A stretch of DNA of 64,000 bases from Octopus sinensis (Eukaryota): contig NW_021832227.1 of assembly GCF_006345805.1 (NCBI RefSeq), positions 310,001 to 374,000 on the forward strand, given 5' to 3'. Position 1 is the first letter of the stretch. Each line of letters opens with the position of its first letter. A program made the position numbers and the translations under genes. This document shows, piece after piece, positions 13,324 through 26,002 of this stretch. The notes under the pieces were generated by a model. That model searched no databases, had not been told where the DNA came from, and was given only the letters and a program-made list of their open reading frames with translations.

Positions 13324-13639
13324 ATTTGACAATTCCCTAATAGATATTGAGAAAATTGAAACTTTCAAAGCAGTCGCTGCTTTTGCCCATTCTGGTGCCA
13401 AATTTTTGCAGTGACCGCACCTATGATTGTATAGTTTTATAATTTACCAGTCTGCGTAAAATTCAACCAGAACGGGAGATTTTGAACGAAATACAATATC
13501 GTCAAAATTTTCTGAATTTAATTGTATTACATCGTTGGATTGAGAATATAAATTTGAAGAAATGAATTGGAATATAACAGAAAAGAAAAGAAACATCAAA
13601 CAAATGATGGTTGCAACTAGAGAAACTAAACGTAATATA
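13324..13639 (-). pseudogene. PDIA6: Truncated 316-bp duplicate of the PDIA6 5' end
   Basis: Direct repeat of 11518-11833 including both mini-introns and the first WCGHC; about 3 substitutions seen by eye; stops abruptly after the GIVK codons. Confidence 0.85.
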
Positions 13640-14181
13640 ATTGTACGTGGAAACTGTTTCTCCATCTACGAGGCGGGGAAGTCCTCTTGTTAACTCTCTT
13701 TTCTCTCTGTTTTCTTTTAAGAAAAAAAATTTTTAGATTAAAAAAAAAAAAAATTAACATTATTCGATATATCAAAAATGGCTGTTCAGAAATCAGCTAA
13801 AATTAATATAGTTAGTCAAGTAGAATTCATGAGTTCAATGAAGGGAAAGCTGTTACAAGTAGAAATAAAACTTCATTTCAAGATAGACAGAAAAATCTAT
13901 TGGATTAGGTTTTTTAAAGAAAAGCTATCTTCAAAACGAATTTTGCGATACAAATGTATAAAATGTCATATAGTTAATCTAAAACGGCGTTTCTAGGAGA
14001 TCAGGTTCGCCATGATACTATGTTATTTTTATGAATATACAAAAGGAAAGAAAATGTATTAAAAATCAACTTTAGAAATATAAAAAATTTAATAAATATT
14101 TTGTTAAGTTTAAAACGGTTATTGTAATTATTTTATTTAAATGAATAAATAAAATCACGTTTAGCTTTGTGTTGGTTTTCA

Positions 14182-16756
14182 ATGTCGAGACTGATTATTA
14201 AAAATTTACCCGCTAAAGTATTGTTATTATTGCAAAAAACAATCAGATATCTGAAAAGGAGCTACATTCACTTTTCGCAAACTTCGGGACTATAACCGAC
14301 TGCTGCCTTAAGCGGACTGCAAACGGAAAAAGTCGTAACTTTGCATTTGTCGGTTTTTCTAATGAAAGCGACGCCGAGCTGGCAATTAAACACTTTAATC
14401 AATCCTACATTGGTTCGTCAAGAGTGAATGTAATCTTGTTTAGTTATTTTTAGGTAGAAATTTCTCTTGATTTACACAATATTCCTGAAACCAAAAAAAA
14501 CGGAATGAAACAATATGGTTAGTTCCGTTGCCTTTTTTGAATTGAAATAAAGTTTTATTTTTATAAAAAATCATTGCTTTTTAATATTTAATATAAAATA
14601 GAACATACCAGTGATGAATCAAAAATTCAGTCAAACATCAACAAATGTGTTGCTATTTTCGGAGCACCTTCTTATATTGATAAAGTTTGTTGAATATATT
14701 AATTCAGAGTCATTTGTGCGACTTTTTCAAACCGCTAACGGTGATCGGGGTGTCTAAAGAAAAGCAGAAAAGTAATTTTAGTTAATTATTTGGCAGCAAT
14801 TGTCGAGTTCGGTAGCAAGAAAGACGCGGAAGATGCGATTAAACGAACCAAAAAATATCTCGGTTTATTTAAATTGCAACATTAAAGGCGGTAAAAAAGT
14901 GTTGATTAAAATGCTGATTTTGGAATCGAAAAAAACGAATGTTCCCAACAAAATAAAACCTTTGTGCTCTGTATGTACCATTATTTGATTTTTAGATGAA
15001 TTCTGTAGCTGAAGAAGACTGTGAGTCCGGTCGTTTATTTCTGCGCAATTTACCATACGTTTGTACTGAGTCAGACCTTGAAAATAAGTTCAGTCAATTT
15101 GGTATTCAAACAGTAATATTGATATAGGTAAACTTGTGGAGACACTACTACCAATTGACCCACATACGAATATTCCTAAGGGTTATGCCTTCATAACATA
15201 CATGTTTCCTTCTGATGCGGTGACTGCTCTTAATAAATTGGACGGGTCTGTATTTATGGGAAGAATGCTCCACATTATTCCCGCTCAGAAGCCACTCGAT
15301 GATGAGGACAATGAAACGTTGGATTGGAAAGAGAAAAAGAAGAAAAATGCAAAGAAATGTGTGGACTCGTGGAATACTCTTTTCCTGGCTCCCAATTCTG
15401 TTGCTGATAAAATGGCTACTCATTTTGATACATCGAAGGATGGATTAGTTGGTTCTGAAGCAATGGTATCCTTTTTTCTCATTTTATAGCGCGATAAAAA
15501 CAGCGTCGGTGTGAAAATGGCACTTGGAGAAACGCAACTGGTCATTGAAACACGCAAGTTCTTATTAGACCACGGAGTTGCCCTGGATTGTTTTTCACAG
15601 GTGAATTAGTAATAGTTAACTGTGATAGCCGACTGGGGAAAGGAGTAAAACTGTGCTTTTGGTCAAAAATTTGCCTTCTGGAGTTACGAATGCAGATATT
15701 TTAAGTCTTTTTAAGCCTCTGGCCACCGTTAATCGAGTGATATTTCCTCCATCGGCAATCACTGCCATTGTCGAATTTGCAAACAACGCTACTTCGGTCT
15801 ACCGGAAATTGGCATATTCAAATGTTCGAATCTGATTTTCTACAATTAGTTTCGTGGCTCTCCACTTTTTTTGGAATGGGCACCCGTAGGTCTAGTACCT
15901 CACGTGGATATATGCAAGCAAGACACAGAAGATCTAGAAAATAAAGATGACGACTGTAAAAAAGTCGGTTGTTGCGTATTTGTAAAGAACCTGAATTTTT
16001 CGACAACCACAGAATCACTGCAAGAAGTTTGAATCTATTTTCATCAATTGCAGGTTTTTAGTTCTTGTGGTGAAGTAGCAAATGTTACAATTGCCCAGAA
16101 GATATCTCCTAAAGAACCCGGGAAGATTTTATCAGCGGGTTACGGATTTGTAACTTTCAAATCACCTCAATCTGCTCAACGTTCTCTCCGTGAATTACAA
16201 CTTCGGTTGGTCGATGATCATGCTATTGAACTTAAACTGTCAGAGCGTGCACCGACATAGTATTCAGGACATTATGATCTTTAGTGTTGAAAAGAGAAAG
16301 GATTTTTACTCAAAATCAACTGTTTGCTGCAATACGTTGCTTGTCAGGAATATACCATTTCAAGCACGAAGAAATGAACTTTATAAACTTTTTTGGTATT
16401 TTAATTATTTATATTTCATAGTGTATTTGGTGACGTCAAGACGGTGCGACTTCCCCGGAAAGTGAGTGCTAATTCCAGTGATCATCGTGGCTTTGCCTTT
16501 GTCGATTTTAGCGATGAGTCTTCTGCTCGGGTAGAAAATATTATGATTGATGTATAGAGAGCAATGGAGGCCTTGTGTCATAGCACTCACTTGTATGGGC
16601 GTAGATTAGTAATTGATTATGCAAGTCCAGAATCAGAGAGTGTGTCTAGATTAAGAAATAAAGCTTTTGAACAACAGAGTGATGATGTTTTGTTTATTTT
16701 TAGATGCATCTGAGGGGCTCGCTAAGAGTAAAAAACGTAAAATTAGTATTTTGTGA
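14182..16756 (+). CDS. RBM19: Multi-RRM ribosome biogenesis factor RBM19/Mrd1
   Basis: N-terminus MSRLIIKNLPAK|ISEKEL..FGTITDC..FAFVGF (introns 14218-14246 and 14430-14453). Last RRM LLVRNIPFQA..VRLPRK..HRGFAFVDF..LCHSTHLYGRRLV is diagnostic. Internal exon boundaries not all resolved. Confidence 0.92.
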
Positions 16757-16825
16757 TTTTTATTTTGTAAAATAAATTAAATTTTTAATTCGCCAAAATA
16801 TTTGTATATATGCCAGGTTTTACTC

Positions 16826-17165
16826 TTAATTGGAAATCAAAGCAGAAGGGCTTCTCTTTGGTTCTAGCTTCTTTCTCTTTGCTATTGATCCGCTTCTTTT
16901 CGCCAGATTTATGGGCCGGAATACAGCGTCTGTATCCTTGACAGGTTCCTCTGATGTCTCGTGGTGGCTGCTTCCTTCACTTGGTTGTTCATTGATTGCA
17001 TTCTTTGTCGTTGTAGGTAAGAGTTTGTACTCTAGGCGCATGCTCTCCACTGTTTTTTTAATCACGATCGTCTGAACATATGCACGTGTTGAGTCATGAA
17101 CTTGTAGGGAGTTTTGGTAGTGCTTGTGAAATTTGGATATTATTCCATCCCATGAATAAATAAAA
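16826..17165 (-). mobile_element. R4/HERO-like 3' end fragment
   Basis: SWDGIISKFHKHY..RAYVQTIVIKKTVESM matches the RLE C-terminal segment of the other copies. Confidence 0.75.
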
Positions 17166-17199
17166 TCAATAAAGGTACTAAAGCAGGAAAATTAATTGC

Positions 17200-18520
17200 C
17201 GGCATTTTAAGAAATTATTTAAATCAGAAAGCAACGCAATTGCAGCATTTACTGGCCATCCCAGGAAATTGGAGTTAGAAATAACTCCTGAAGGAGTTCA
17301 AAAAGCATGTGCTAAGCTCAACAACAATAAAAGTCCAGGACCAGATTGGCTAAAACCTAAACTACTTAAGTATAGGAATGAAAACCTACAAGTACTCATT
17401 GTAGACCTCTTTAACAGAATATTTGCCTGGAACAATACTGGTCACTGTTTGAAAACAGAACAAAGACAAAAGAAAAGTGGAGAACCTCAAACCAGTAATT
17501 TTTATGAATAGCATACGGAAAATGCTGGAAATTATTAGTCTTAAAAGAATAAAGCCTCGCACGTAACTATTTATATCTGCTTTTCATACCGGTTTTCTTA
17601 AAGGAAGATCGACTTCTAACATGGCGATTTTTTTACTATTAAATGGTTTAAAATGCGACAAAAAATTCTCGGAATCGATATTTCAAGAGCTTTTGACTCG
17701 ATCAATCGTAGAAATTGATGGATGTCTTTACAGAATTCCACGAAGAATCTTCTACCCAGATGATCAGGGAACTTTCATCAGGAACATATTTATCGGTCAG
17801 GGTACGAGACAAATGTTCTAAGGTAGTCTAAACAACATCGAAAAGACCTCAAGGGGATCTATTATTTCCTATGCTGTTTGTCATATAAGCTGCATTAAGA
17901 GAACAAAACCATACTATGAAAAAAATATCAATGTGGTAGCATTTCGCAAATGACTTTGATTTTATTTTAACCGACAAGAATGCTATAAAAGGCATAATGG
18001 AGGTGATGACAAATAAACTTGCTGAGTAGTTTTTCGATGTAAATGCGAAGAAAACAGAATTTACTGAACTTTTCAGATAAAATTCTAAGCTGCACAAACA
18101 CTGGAGAAAAGTTAAAAATCTTAGATCTCAATCGAGAGACGAACAAAACATGATTATGTGAAAAGCACATGCAAGCACCGCACTACGCAAAGGACTAAAA
18201 GAAAAATAGCTACAGAGCAAAGGACTCAGTAATAAAACACGAATAAGCCTATACAATTCACTGTGAAACCTATCCTCCTCTATAATGCCGAAACATGAGG
18301 ACTTTCTGATACCGACAAACAGTTTATCCCAAGACGTCAACCAAATCAATTTCTTAAAAAATTGCAGCTTACAGGTAGAGGCTATTCGGAGACATTCTAT
18401 GAATGGATTTGGAAGCAACGGAAAACACCCCAATGGAAAACTATTTCGAAGCTGACGCCCTCGTTTTTTTAGACGTTCGTTTTCGTGTATTTTTGTCATG
18501 ATACATGGCATCACAAAAGT
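17200..18520 (+). mobile_element. Decayed RTE-like LINE (RT region)
   Basis: KLNNNKSPGPD, GFLKGRST, DISRAFDSI and LYNSLVKPILLYNAE remnants; many stops. Confidence 0.75.
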
Positions 18521-18779
18521 GCATAAATAATGACAATAAAACAATGATTTTAAATTTAATTTGGGTACCATAAGTTTCTCCTCAGAATATCGAAAAAATC
18601 TAATTTTCCTAGTATAATTGTAATGTTCATTCCAAAACTTTTAAAAAATGTAAAATAAAGCTGACTTTTCAAGATAGACAATCTGAGAAGTCACGTTGAT
18701 ATTGAGCCATAGGAATTTTAACCCATTGAAGTGAAAATTAGTAACATTTTTATAGAAAATCGAATACACTGACAGTAGG

Positions 18780-18945
18780 CAGACAAAGACAAAGACTATA
18801 TTTACCAAGGACACATTGAAACGAGATCTTGAGTCTATAAGCGATAAAGTCGAACGAATGTTTCTAAATTTTTTTGAAGACTTTCAACAGAAAACTTCAA
18901 CAAAAAAAAAAGACAAGAGAAAACTCTCCCACCTCGGATTAATTA
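18780..18945 (+). mobile_element. Short R4/HERO-like remnant
   Basis: RDLESISDKVERMFL..SHLGLI resembles the RGLSN..SKRIL segment in the other copies. Confidence 0.45.
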
Positions 18946-19047
18946 GAATTAATAGTTACTTGTTCTCTCTTGCTCTTGTTCTTGTGTGGCTGGCACAAGT
19001 GAAGGCTCAGGTACATGCGTGCCTCTGTCTTCGCGGACGTTCCGCTA

Positions 19048-20330
19048 TTATTATTATTATTATTCAACAGAAAACCAGAAACTTTTGAAAAGATAAAAAA
19101 TTCTAAAAGTCATAGAAAAAACACATCTGCTTACCATTATGAATTTAGTTTTTTAAAAATACAACATTAGAAATGCGAAAGAATTAAAAAACTGAAGGAC
19201 ATTATGTATCTGCTAAACCAAATTGAAAAAAAGCCAACAATTGAGTATGAAAAGTCAGGGAAAAACTGGATTGGCGAGCATCAAATGAGACACTTTCCAG
19301 AATCCTCTTGAAAACATTTTACTGCATATAGAGACTGTAGAAACTTATCTCCACCCAGCTGTCTCAGTATCTCTTGTGGTATTTAGTGATCAGTCCATCC
19401 CATGTCATCACACACGAAATGAAATAGACTTTGCACTGGTGCATCAGCTCTAGCTCGTTTGCAAAGAGGTCATGCTTCCTCCTTTTCTCCACTTCCACTG
19501 TCTACAAACGATGTAGACATGTGATGCCCACTTCCACAATAACGATCTCTCCGGCAATCTTACCGTGAACAACAATATCGGGTTTTTTATGCTGGACAAC
19601 AATCGAGGTGCCTATGGGGTATTCATCATAATGCACACCTTTGAGGTCTCACACACCGATTGAACTCGATGGGTTCGCAACTTTCTGGACAACCTCAATC
19701 CATACTTATTGCAGAGCAGAAGATGGAGGGACCTCACCACCTCGTTATGCCTCCATGTGTAACTATTGTAAAGAATACTCCCACACTTCGTGTCTAAACG
19801 GTCAACGGTCATCGCCTTACTTTTACAGTGGTTACACTGTTTCCGTTGACCATTAAAAAAGTTTCTATCCTGCAAATATGAGAACAACCCTTCTGATCGG
19901 GGAGAGTTATTCCCATATTTCAGCCACGTTGATGACGTAAATGCGTCAATGTGCGGGTTGTCCAGACTATTAAAGAGAGTATTGTGAAGAACTTTTAAGT
20001 TGATCTCTTTTATTAGCAATTCCCTCCAGACCATACTTAGTCTACAAGTAGCCTTTTATGGTCCCTAGGTGTGTATCAGGGGTTTTTTCAACACCAAGGA
20101 TGGCAACCTTCCTTTGGAATACACTCTACCCACTCCACAAGATGTCATGCATCTTAGTAAGAATTCGCTTACTTAAGTGTGCGATGTTACTCAGTCCACG
20201 TCCTAGCTGCCCGTGAGACGAGTATAATCTCCCCTTATTGCTTGCCAACACGTGGACGTAATTCTCTCGGAGTACTTTTCGGACAATAAAGTCCATTTAA
20301 TCGTACTCACTCGCATCGAATTCAATCAGG
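19048..20330 (-). mobile_element. R4/HERO (Dong-like) RLE retrotransposon, 3' half ending at (TAA)6
   Basis: VSRQLGRGLS, GNNSPRSEGLFSYLQDRN, CNHCK..RHNEVVR, HKKPDIVV..IVEVGIT..EKRRKHDLFANEL..MTWDGLITKYH; then about 190 nt of non-coding sequence and a (TAA)6 tract at about 19048-19066. Confidence 0.88.
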
Positions 20331-20769
20331 CCAACCTAGTTTTATACGTAAAAATCATTTTGAACACCTACCTTAACAATAAACAAGATGTCAAAAATGA
20401 ATGACTTTTTAAATAACATTCCTCAAATTTTTTATCATGTAAAATATGAAAAGTTTAGTTAGAGGATTTTTACAAAATGAAAGATAAAGAGCATAGACCT
20501 TAAAACACTTTACCCAGTCTCATATCGCTTAACTTGTGATCAAAGTAACTGAGAGATAAATAACAGTCTAAATAATGTATACATAAGTTTAAATTTTAGT
20601 TAACTAGAATAATTGTGCTCCCTATCATTCAAAATATCGTAAAAATAAGACTAATGCGTATTTTGTCTTAGTTTTTTTTAGTAACTCAAATTATTGACAC
20701 CAATTAAAGTAACTAAAAGGATAATCAAGAGCCAATGACACCGCGTGGCACAAGTGACACTCAAAACAA

Positions 20770-21120
20770 AGAAGACCCTTTACCTAAAAGAAAAAGTCTT
20801 CATTTCTTCAGACGCTTGCCCTCGCTCCGGAAAAGGCTGATTTAGTCTAGAGTGGAAGGGAAACCAGCAACTTTAGAGTCCTTTTAACAATGTCATTAAG
20901 TTAAGTGTGGCGAGAAAGTCTACCAGGACTCTTTTTACACAACAAAGCATCGGCAAGTGTGGGGCTGGCAGATGTTCAACCCCAAGCAGATACCAGTCTG
21001 TAAGAATTCAGCGTCCAGTAGTAATATGATGCGGAGGATAAGGAGTGCTTTGAGCTTGTCTCCTGTATGCGGCTGACAAGTGCAGTTTGGTGAGGCCATC
21101 TAAAGTAGATCAGGCTTTAA
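20770..21120 (-). mobile_element. CRE-clade remnant
   Basis: LLDAEFLQTGICLGLNICQPHTCRC and LNDIVKRTLKVAGFPS..EGKR in broken frames. Confidence 0.7.
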
Positions 21121-21427
21121 GCAAAATTTGCGTAATTTATTTAAACAAAAAATTTTGTCCCAGATTCTTTGGACTAAAATAATCTTAGAGAAACTAACGA
21201 CAAGTGAGGACAAAACAAGACAGGCAGAGGAGTATTTTAAAAATTCGTCGAGTTCGAGGGAATTCATTTTTTAAAACGACAAACTCATTTTGCTTTTTTA
21301 TTAAAGTCAATCACTTTTTCCACTGCTGATAGTTTTAGATTCAGATTATTGAAATATAATAATAAAATCAATTCCCCAAAATTTTAAGTCATCCATTTCT
21401 TATTTTAACAATTAATATATATAGTCA

Positions 21428-21784
21428 TCCACCTTCCCATTCCGGAATGGCAATTTCCTGATCTGGGACGCCACGTGCGCAGACACGTGGTCCCCATCCG
21501 CTCTACTGTCATCTGCTTCTTCTTCCGGCTCGGTCGCGGCCCTGGCGGAAGCCCGCAAAGTAGAAAAGTACAAGAATCTTGCCACTCAGCATTCCTTCGT
21601 GCCTGTGGCTTTTGAGACATGAGGCGCTTCCGGTCCGCAGACCACATGCTTCTTAAAAGACCTCGGTATCCTCATCGCTCGGAAGAAGATGGATGCTCGC
21701 GAGTCCTCTTGGTTGTGGCAGAGGATCTCGCTCGCAATCGTGCGCGGGAACGCGCAAGCAATCCGTTCGGCTGGGTTAATTTAG
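21428..21784 (+). mobile_element. 5'-truncated CRE copy (RLE C-terminus)
   Basis: FPFRNGNFLIWDATCADT..EARKVEKYKNL..FVPVAFET*G..WLWQRISLAIVRGNA; one premature stop. Confidence 0.9.
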
Positions 21785-22731
21785 TTATCTGACAATTGCT
21801 TTGTTATTTACCTTTTAATTTGTTTAAAAAAAATATATATATATATAATATTAAAATTTTTATTAATAATAATTAATTTGAAAACCCAATTAAATTGGAC
21901 TTTCCGTAATTTGAGATTGGTTCAATTCCTGGAGTATAAGCCTAGCCTTCCTGATTGTATCCCTCATTTGCATCTCAATCTGTTCAATGACTACAAATCG
22001 GCGACGTATTTCTAATATTCTTAAAATGCGTTCGTCATTTCTTGACATTAAATTAATCATTTGTGACGTCATTGTTTTCTAAAAATCAGAAAAAATGAAT
22101 TTAGAAGTATTTTTTGCAATAAGCAAAAAGAAACTTAATATCGATATATTAGCAAATAAAATAATAGTTGAGTATTAGTGACAAAAGATAATAAAACTTG
22201 AGAAAGATTATATTTGAATGACCTGATATTAAATTATCAATAACCTCAAAAATGTGAATATTTTAGTTACTGTTTGAAATTTTATTATATCAATAAAATT
22301 CATATAAAATATTAAAAGACTAAATATACAAATAAAATTGTCATTTTTGTTAAAAATTACATAAACCATGATTTTCAATTTATTTTATACCAAAAGTATT
22401 TTATTATCTACAATTGAATCATATTCCTGCTAAACAACGACTTTATAATGATTAAAGTATGCTGAAGGCTTGATCTCAAAATATACCATCCAATCGTTCT
22501 ATTTTTGCAGAATTTTCGAGTCATCTCCTCTTGTGCTACCATAATGGTAAAGATCGGACAGTATCATGAAGATAGCACTGCTGGAAACTGGATTTCTTTT
22601 AATTTTTGAACTAAAATTATCAATATAGACCTCGAGGGAGATCTCTCTAATAATTTGATTGATTTAAATATTTTTTTATGAGTAAAGTTGATTTTATTTT
22701 TTTCGCAAAGAAATATAAAAAAGACAAGAGT

Positions 22732-23040
22732 TTAATTTAGAATAGTCGTCGAACAAATGAACAGGAAATTTCTACGTAATATCACAAGCGATATCCGTTT
22801 AAAAAACCTGTTCTTTTTGCGACTGTGGTAAATCCTCGATATGAATAAACCAATCTCTGAGAGGAGTCTGAGAGCTTTTGGGACAATTATTCTACTGTTT
22901 TCGAAAGCCAGGGGGACGAAGCAACAAGTGTCGACCAAGAAAGTATAATTTGCGATTTTCTTAGTTTCAGCAATAGCTTTTTGATGCTACTGTTCTCAAA
23001 GTCGATGAAGGAGTGAGCCAACTTCTGTTTCTACTTCCTA
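22732..23040 (-). mobile_element. CRE 3' remnant
   Basis: AETKKIANY..FVPLAFENS..LLSEIGLFIS..KRISLVILRRN; similar to the 12318 copy. Confidence 0.8.
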
Positions 23041-23305
23041 AAATAGGAAGTAACCTTATTTTGAATTTGTTGAATCTATGCCTTGTGAGACGGCCGAAAA
23101 AACAAATCAAAGTGAGCAATAAAAAACAGTATTTGACTTTTATGATTACCAGATTGCTTTGACCAGTTCTGTAAATAGAAGTTGAATTTTGTATTAATTC
23201 AATACAAGTTCGATTATTTATAAACTTAAAATATAAACAGTAAAAAATTAATTAAATGATACAATAGTATTTTGTATTTTGTTGTTCGATTACTTTAGTA
23301 TTACA

Positions 23306-24313
23306 ATGTCTACATTAAGAAAGGACGTTTTAAATAGAATGCTAAAATGCAACAAAAATATTTCAAATTTACCGGCTTCAAATGATTTGTCTCCTCTTGA
23401 ATGGGACTCATTTTTTTCTAAATACGAAGAATTGGAGATCAACTCAGGGAAATTTTGTGCATATTTCTCCGAACCACCTTGTGAAGAAATAGAAAACCTC
23501 AATTTTTTGCTTATTCATGGGGCTGGACTCACCTCCCTTTCTTGGGCTTGTTTTGTTAAAGAATTAACTAAATCACTAAAATGCCGTTCTGTAGCCGTTG
23601 ATTTGAGAGGTCATGGTTTTAGTTGTGTCCACGATGATTTGGATATTGAATCACTTTCCGGAGATATCATTCAGCTATTTGATATTTTATTTAACCCGGA
23701 TCAAAAAGTGGTTGTGATTGGTCATTCTTTGGGAGGATCAGTTGGTGTGAGAGTTGCAGATCGGTTCCCTGAGAGAGTTGTTGGATTGATTGTTTTGGAT
23801 GCCGTTGAAGGATTAATTAAAGAATTTAATAGCGAAGTAAATAAAGCAATTTCATCTAGACCAGTTCATTTTAAGTTTGCTTTTATATTTAAATTTTAAG
23901 ATCGTTGGAAGAAGCCATTTCTTGGAGACGTAATTCAATGGTATGTCGAAATATAATATCAAACAGGATCTCTCTTCCCTCGCAGGTGGAATAATTTATT
24001 ATAATTTTAGTTAATTAGAGTTAATAGTGATCTGGGGACTATATTTGAATGGAGGACGGATCTTAAAAAAACAAAAAAATACTGGATAAAATGGTTTGAT
24101 GGAATGTCGAATGGATTTTTGAGAGTTCGTGCCAAAAAAATGCTGATTTTGACAACTGCTGAGAATTTAGACAACTCTCTGATGATTGGGCATATGCAAG
24201 GGAAGTTTCAACTTGTTTTATTACACAATTGTGGGCACTTAATACATGAGGATGTTCCTGATCAAGTTGTTGAAGCTGTTTCTAAATTTGTGAAATGGCA
24301 TAAGTTTATTTAA
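23306..24313 (+). CDS. PPME1: Protein phosphatase methylesterase 1
   Basis: Alpha/beta hydrolase motifs LIHGAGLTSLSW, DLRGHG, GHSLGG and LDAVEG; PME-1-specific EWRTDL..YWIKWFDGMS and IGHMQGKFQL..CGHLIHED; 26-nt intron at 23874-23899 plus two more. Confidence 0.93.
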
Positions 24314-24820
24314 TTAGACCAAAAGTGTCAATAATATTCCAAAATATGATTTTTGATTTGTACAAACTTTTTATTTCAATTAGTTTGAACCGATTGTTTA
24401 TTCAGTTTGTGTTCATTTGCAGAGTTGGAGACTTTAGAATGTATCTCAAGATTAACGGGGTCAAAATTTTTTATTGATATTTTCCATTATTTTCAAAACC
24501 GTATCTTATTTTTAAGTCATGGAACAGTAGACGGGTCACTTTGATTGATACACTTATTCGAGAATTTTATATTTAAGATTTTACTTAACAGATCCATTAC
24601 TAGAGGAAAAAGCTAAAGAAAGAATGATTCAACTTGCAAGTTTGTTCAAAAAACAACAATAAAATCGGTTCGGTTTCAAATTAATTCGGGTATTGTAAAT
24701 TTTATTTCAAGAGCTACTCATATTTAAATTAGTTTGAATGCTGAATTGTTTATTATCATTCTTTAACAAAATAGTTTTGGATATTGAATAAAAACAATTC
24801 ATTAAAAAATGTGACAATAT

Positions 24821-25947
24821 TTATGAATGATGTGTTTTGGAACGACGAGGAATCAGTTTTGCTAGTAAAGCATTTGTTTTGCCCATAGAAATATAATAAC
24901 GCTGGACAAGTTCAAAAATAGTACCAGAAGACAAAAAATCAATCCAGTCAGAATTACACGTAAGCACAAGTCTTCCATCTTGTTGTAGAATATCATATGC
25001 TTTCGCGAGAAATCCATTAATGAAAGTTTCTGGATTGTAATCTTCAGGAATTTTAAAATTATGACCAAAGGGCAAATCGCATAATATCACATTGACGGAA
25101 TTTGACATTATCGGGGCGTTCATAAAATCCCATCGAACAAAATCTGCTTGTTTTTTATTATCAAAATTCGTGATTGCTTTATTAAGAGACTTACGACTTG
25201 AATCAGCTCCGATTAAAATCAGATTTTTGTTCAACGTTGAAGTCTCAAAAATGATAGATCCAACTCCACACATTGGATCGAGACAAATTTCTCCCTCGTT
25301 AAATTCAGCAAGCAAAGCCATTGCATGGCAAACAGTTGAGCGTAAACCACGAGGACCAGGACGCAGAGCCAAAGTACTACAATAGTCACGAAGTCCAAAG
25401 AGTAGATATTTGTCGGTATATTGCACGTATATCTCTATTTGAGGATTTCTCAGGTCTACAATCCAACCAAGCTCTACAAGTGAATTAGACACAATTTTGC
25501 TGGCGGTCTAAAATGATAGAAGATAATAAAACAGTGATTTCAATATACTGTCTGTATTTGGGCTTGCATTTAAACGAAACTCGAAAATGGACCGGAAAAA
25601 CAGGCGAAAAAAGAGCTGCATATTTTTGCCAGGTCTGTGAAGATACATTTTTCAAACGTGTTAATAGTCTGCGTTTCCCTACCACGTGAAATCAGCAATA
25701 AATACAATTACAAAAACTAAGTCTTGTTGAAGTGCTGTATAGAATGCTGCCCATCAATCTTTCGGCAACCTTTAATTTGCTAGCAATTATTTGAGGAGAT
25801 AGATCTGATGAAAAAAATACTTTTCCTTTGATGGCATCAAGCTGGTAGTATAATTACTTAATATACATTATATGCACATAATTTTGAGGATAGTTCGTTA
25901 CTCGAAATTTCTTCAAGACCTTTACTTACTGTGATGAAATATCTCAT
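24821..25947 (-). CDS. THUMPD2: THUMP-domain m2G methyltransferase, THUMPD2-type
   Basis: MRYFITVSKGLEE..|..KGKVFF..KLKVAERL (25-nt intron 25842-25866), FRVSFKC, WIVDLRNPQIEIY, GLRSTVCHAM, LDPMCGVG, IGADSS, CDLPFG. DLRNP and GAD favour THUMPD2 over THUMPD3. Confidence 0.8.
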
Positions 25948-26002
25948 AAAATGACACGAGACAATCTTATTTAATTTATAGAAAATATTTTTTTAATTAT
26001 TT

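Noticed and set aside
21919-21929. ggttcaattcc resembling a tRNA B-box
   Set aside because: No A-box or cloverleaf stems in the AT-rich surroundings; no tRNA gene supported.
21890-22072. 60-aa ATG-initiated coiled-coil-like ORF
   Set aside because: No introns, motif or context to support it; could be real but unsupported.
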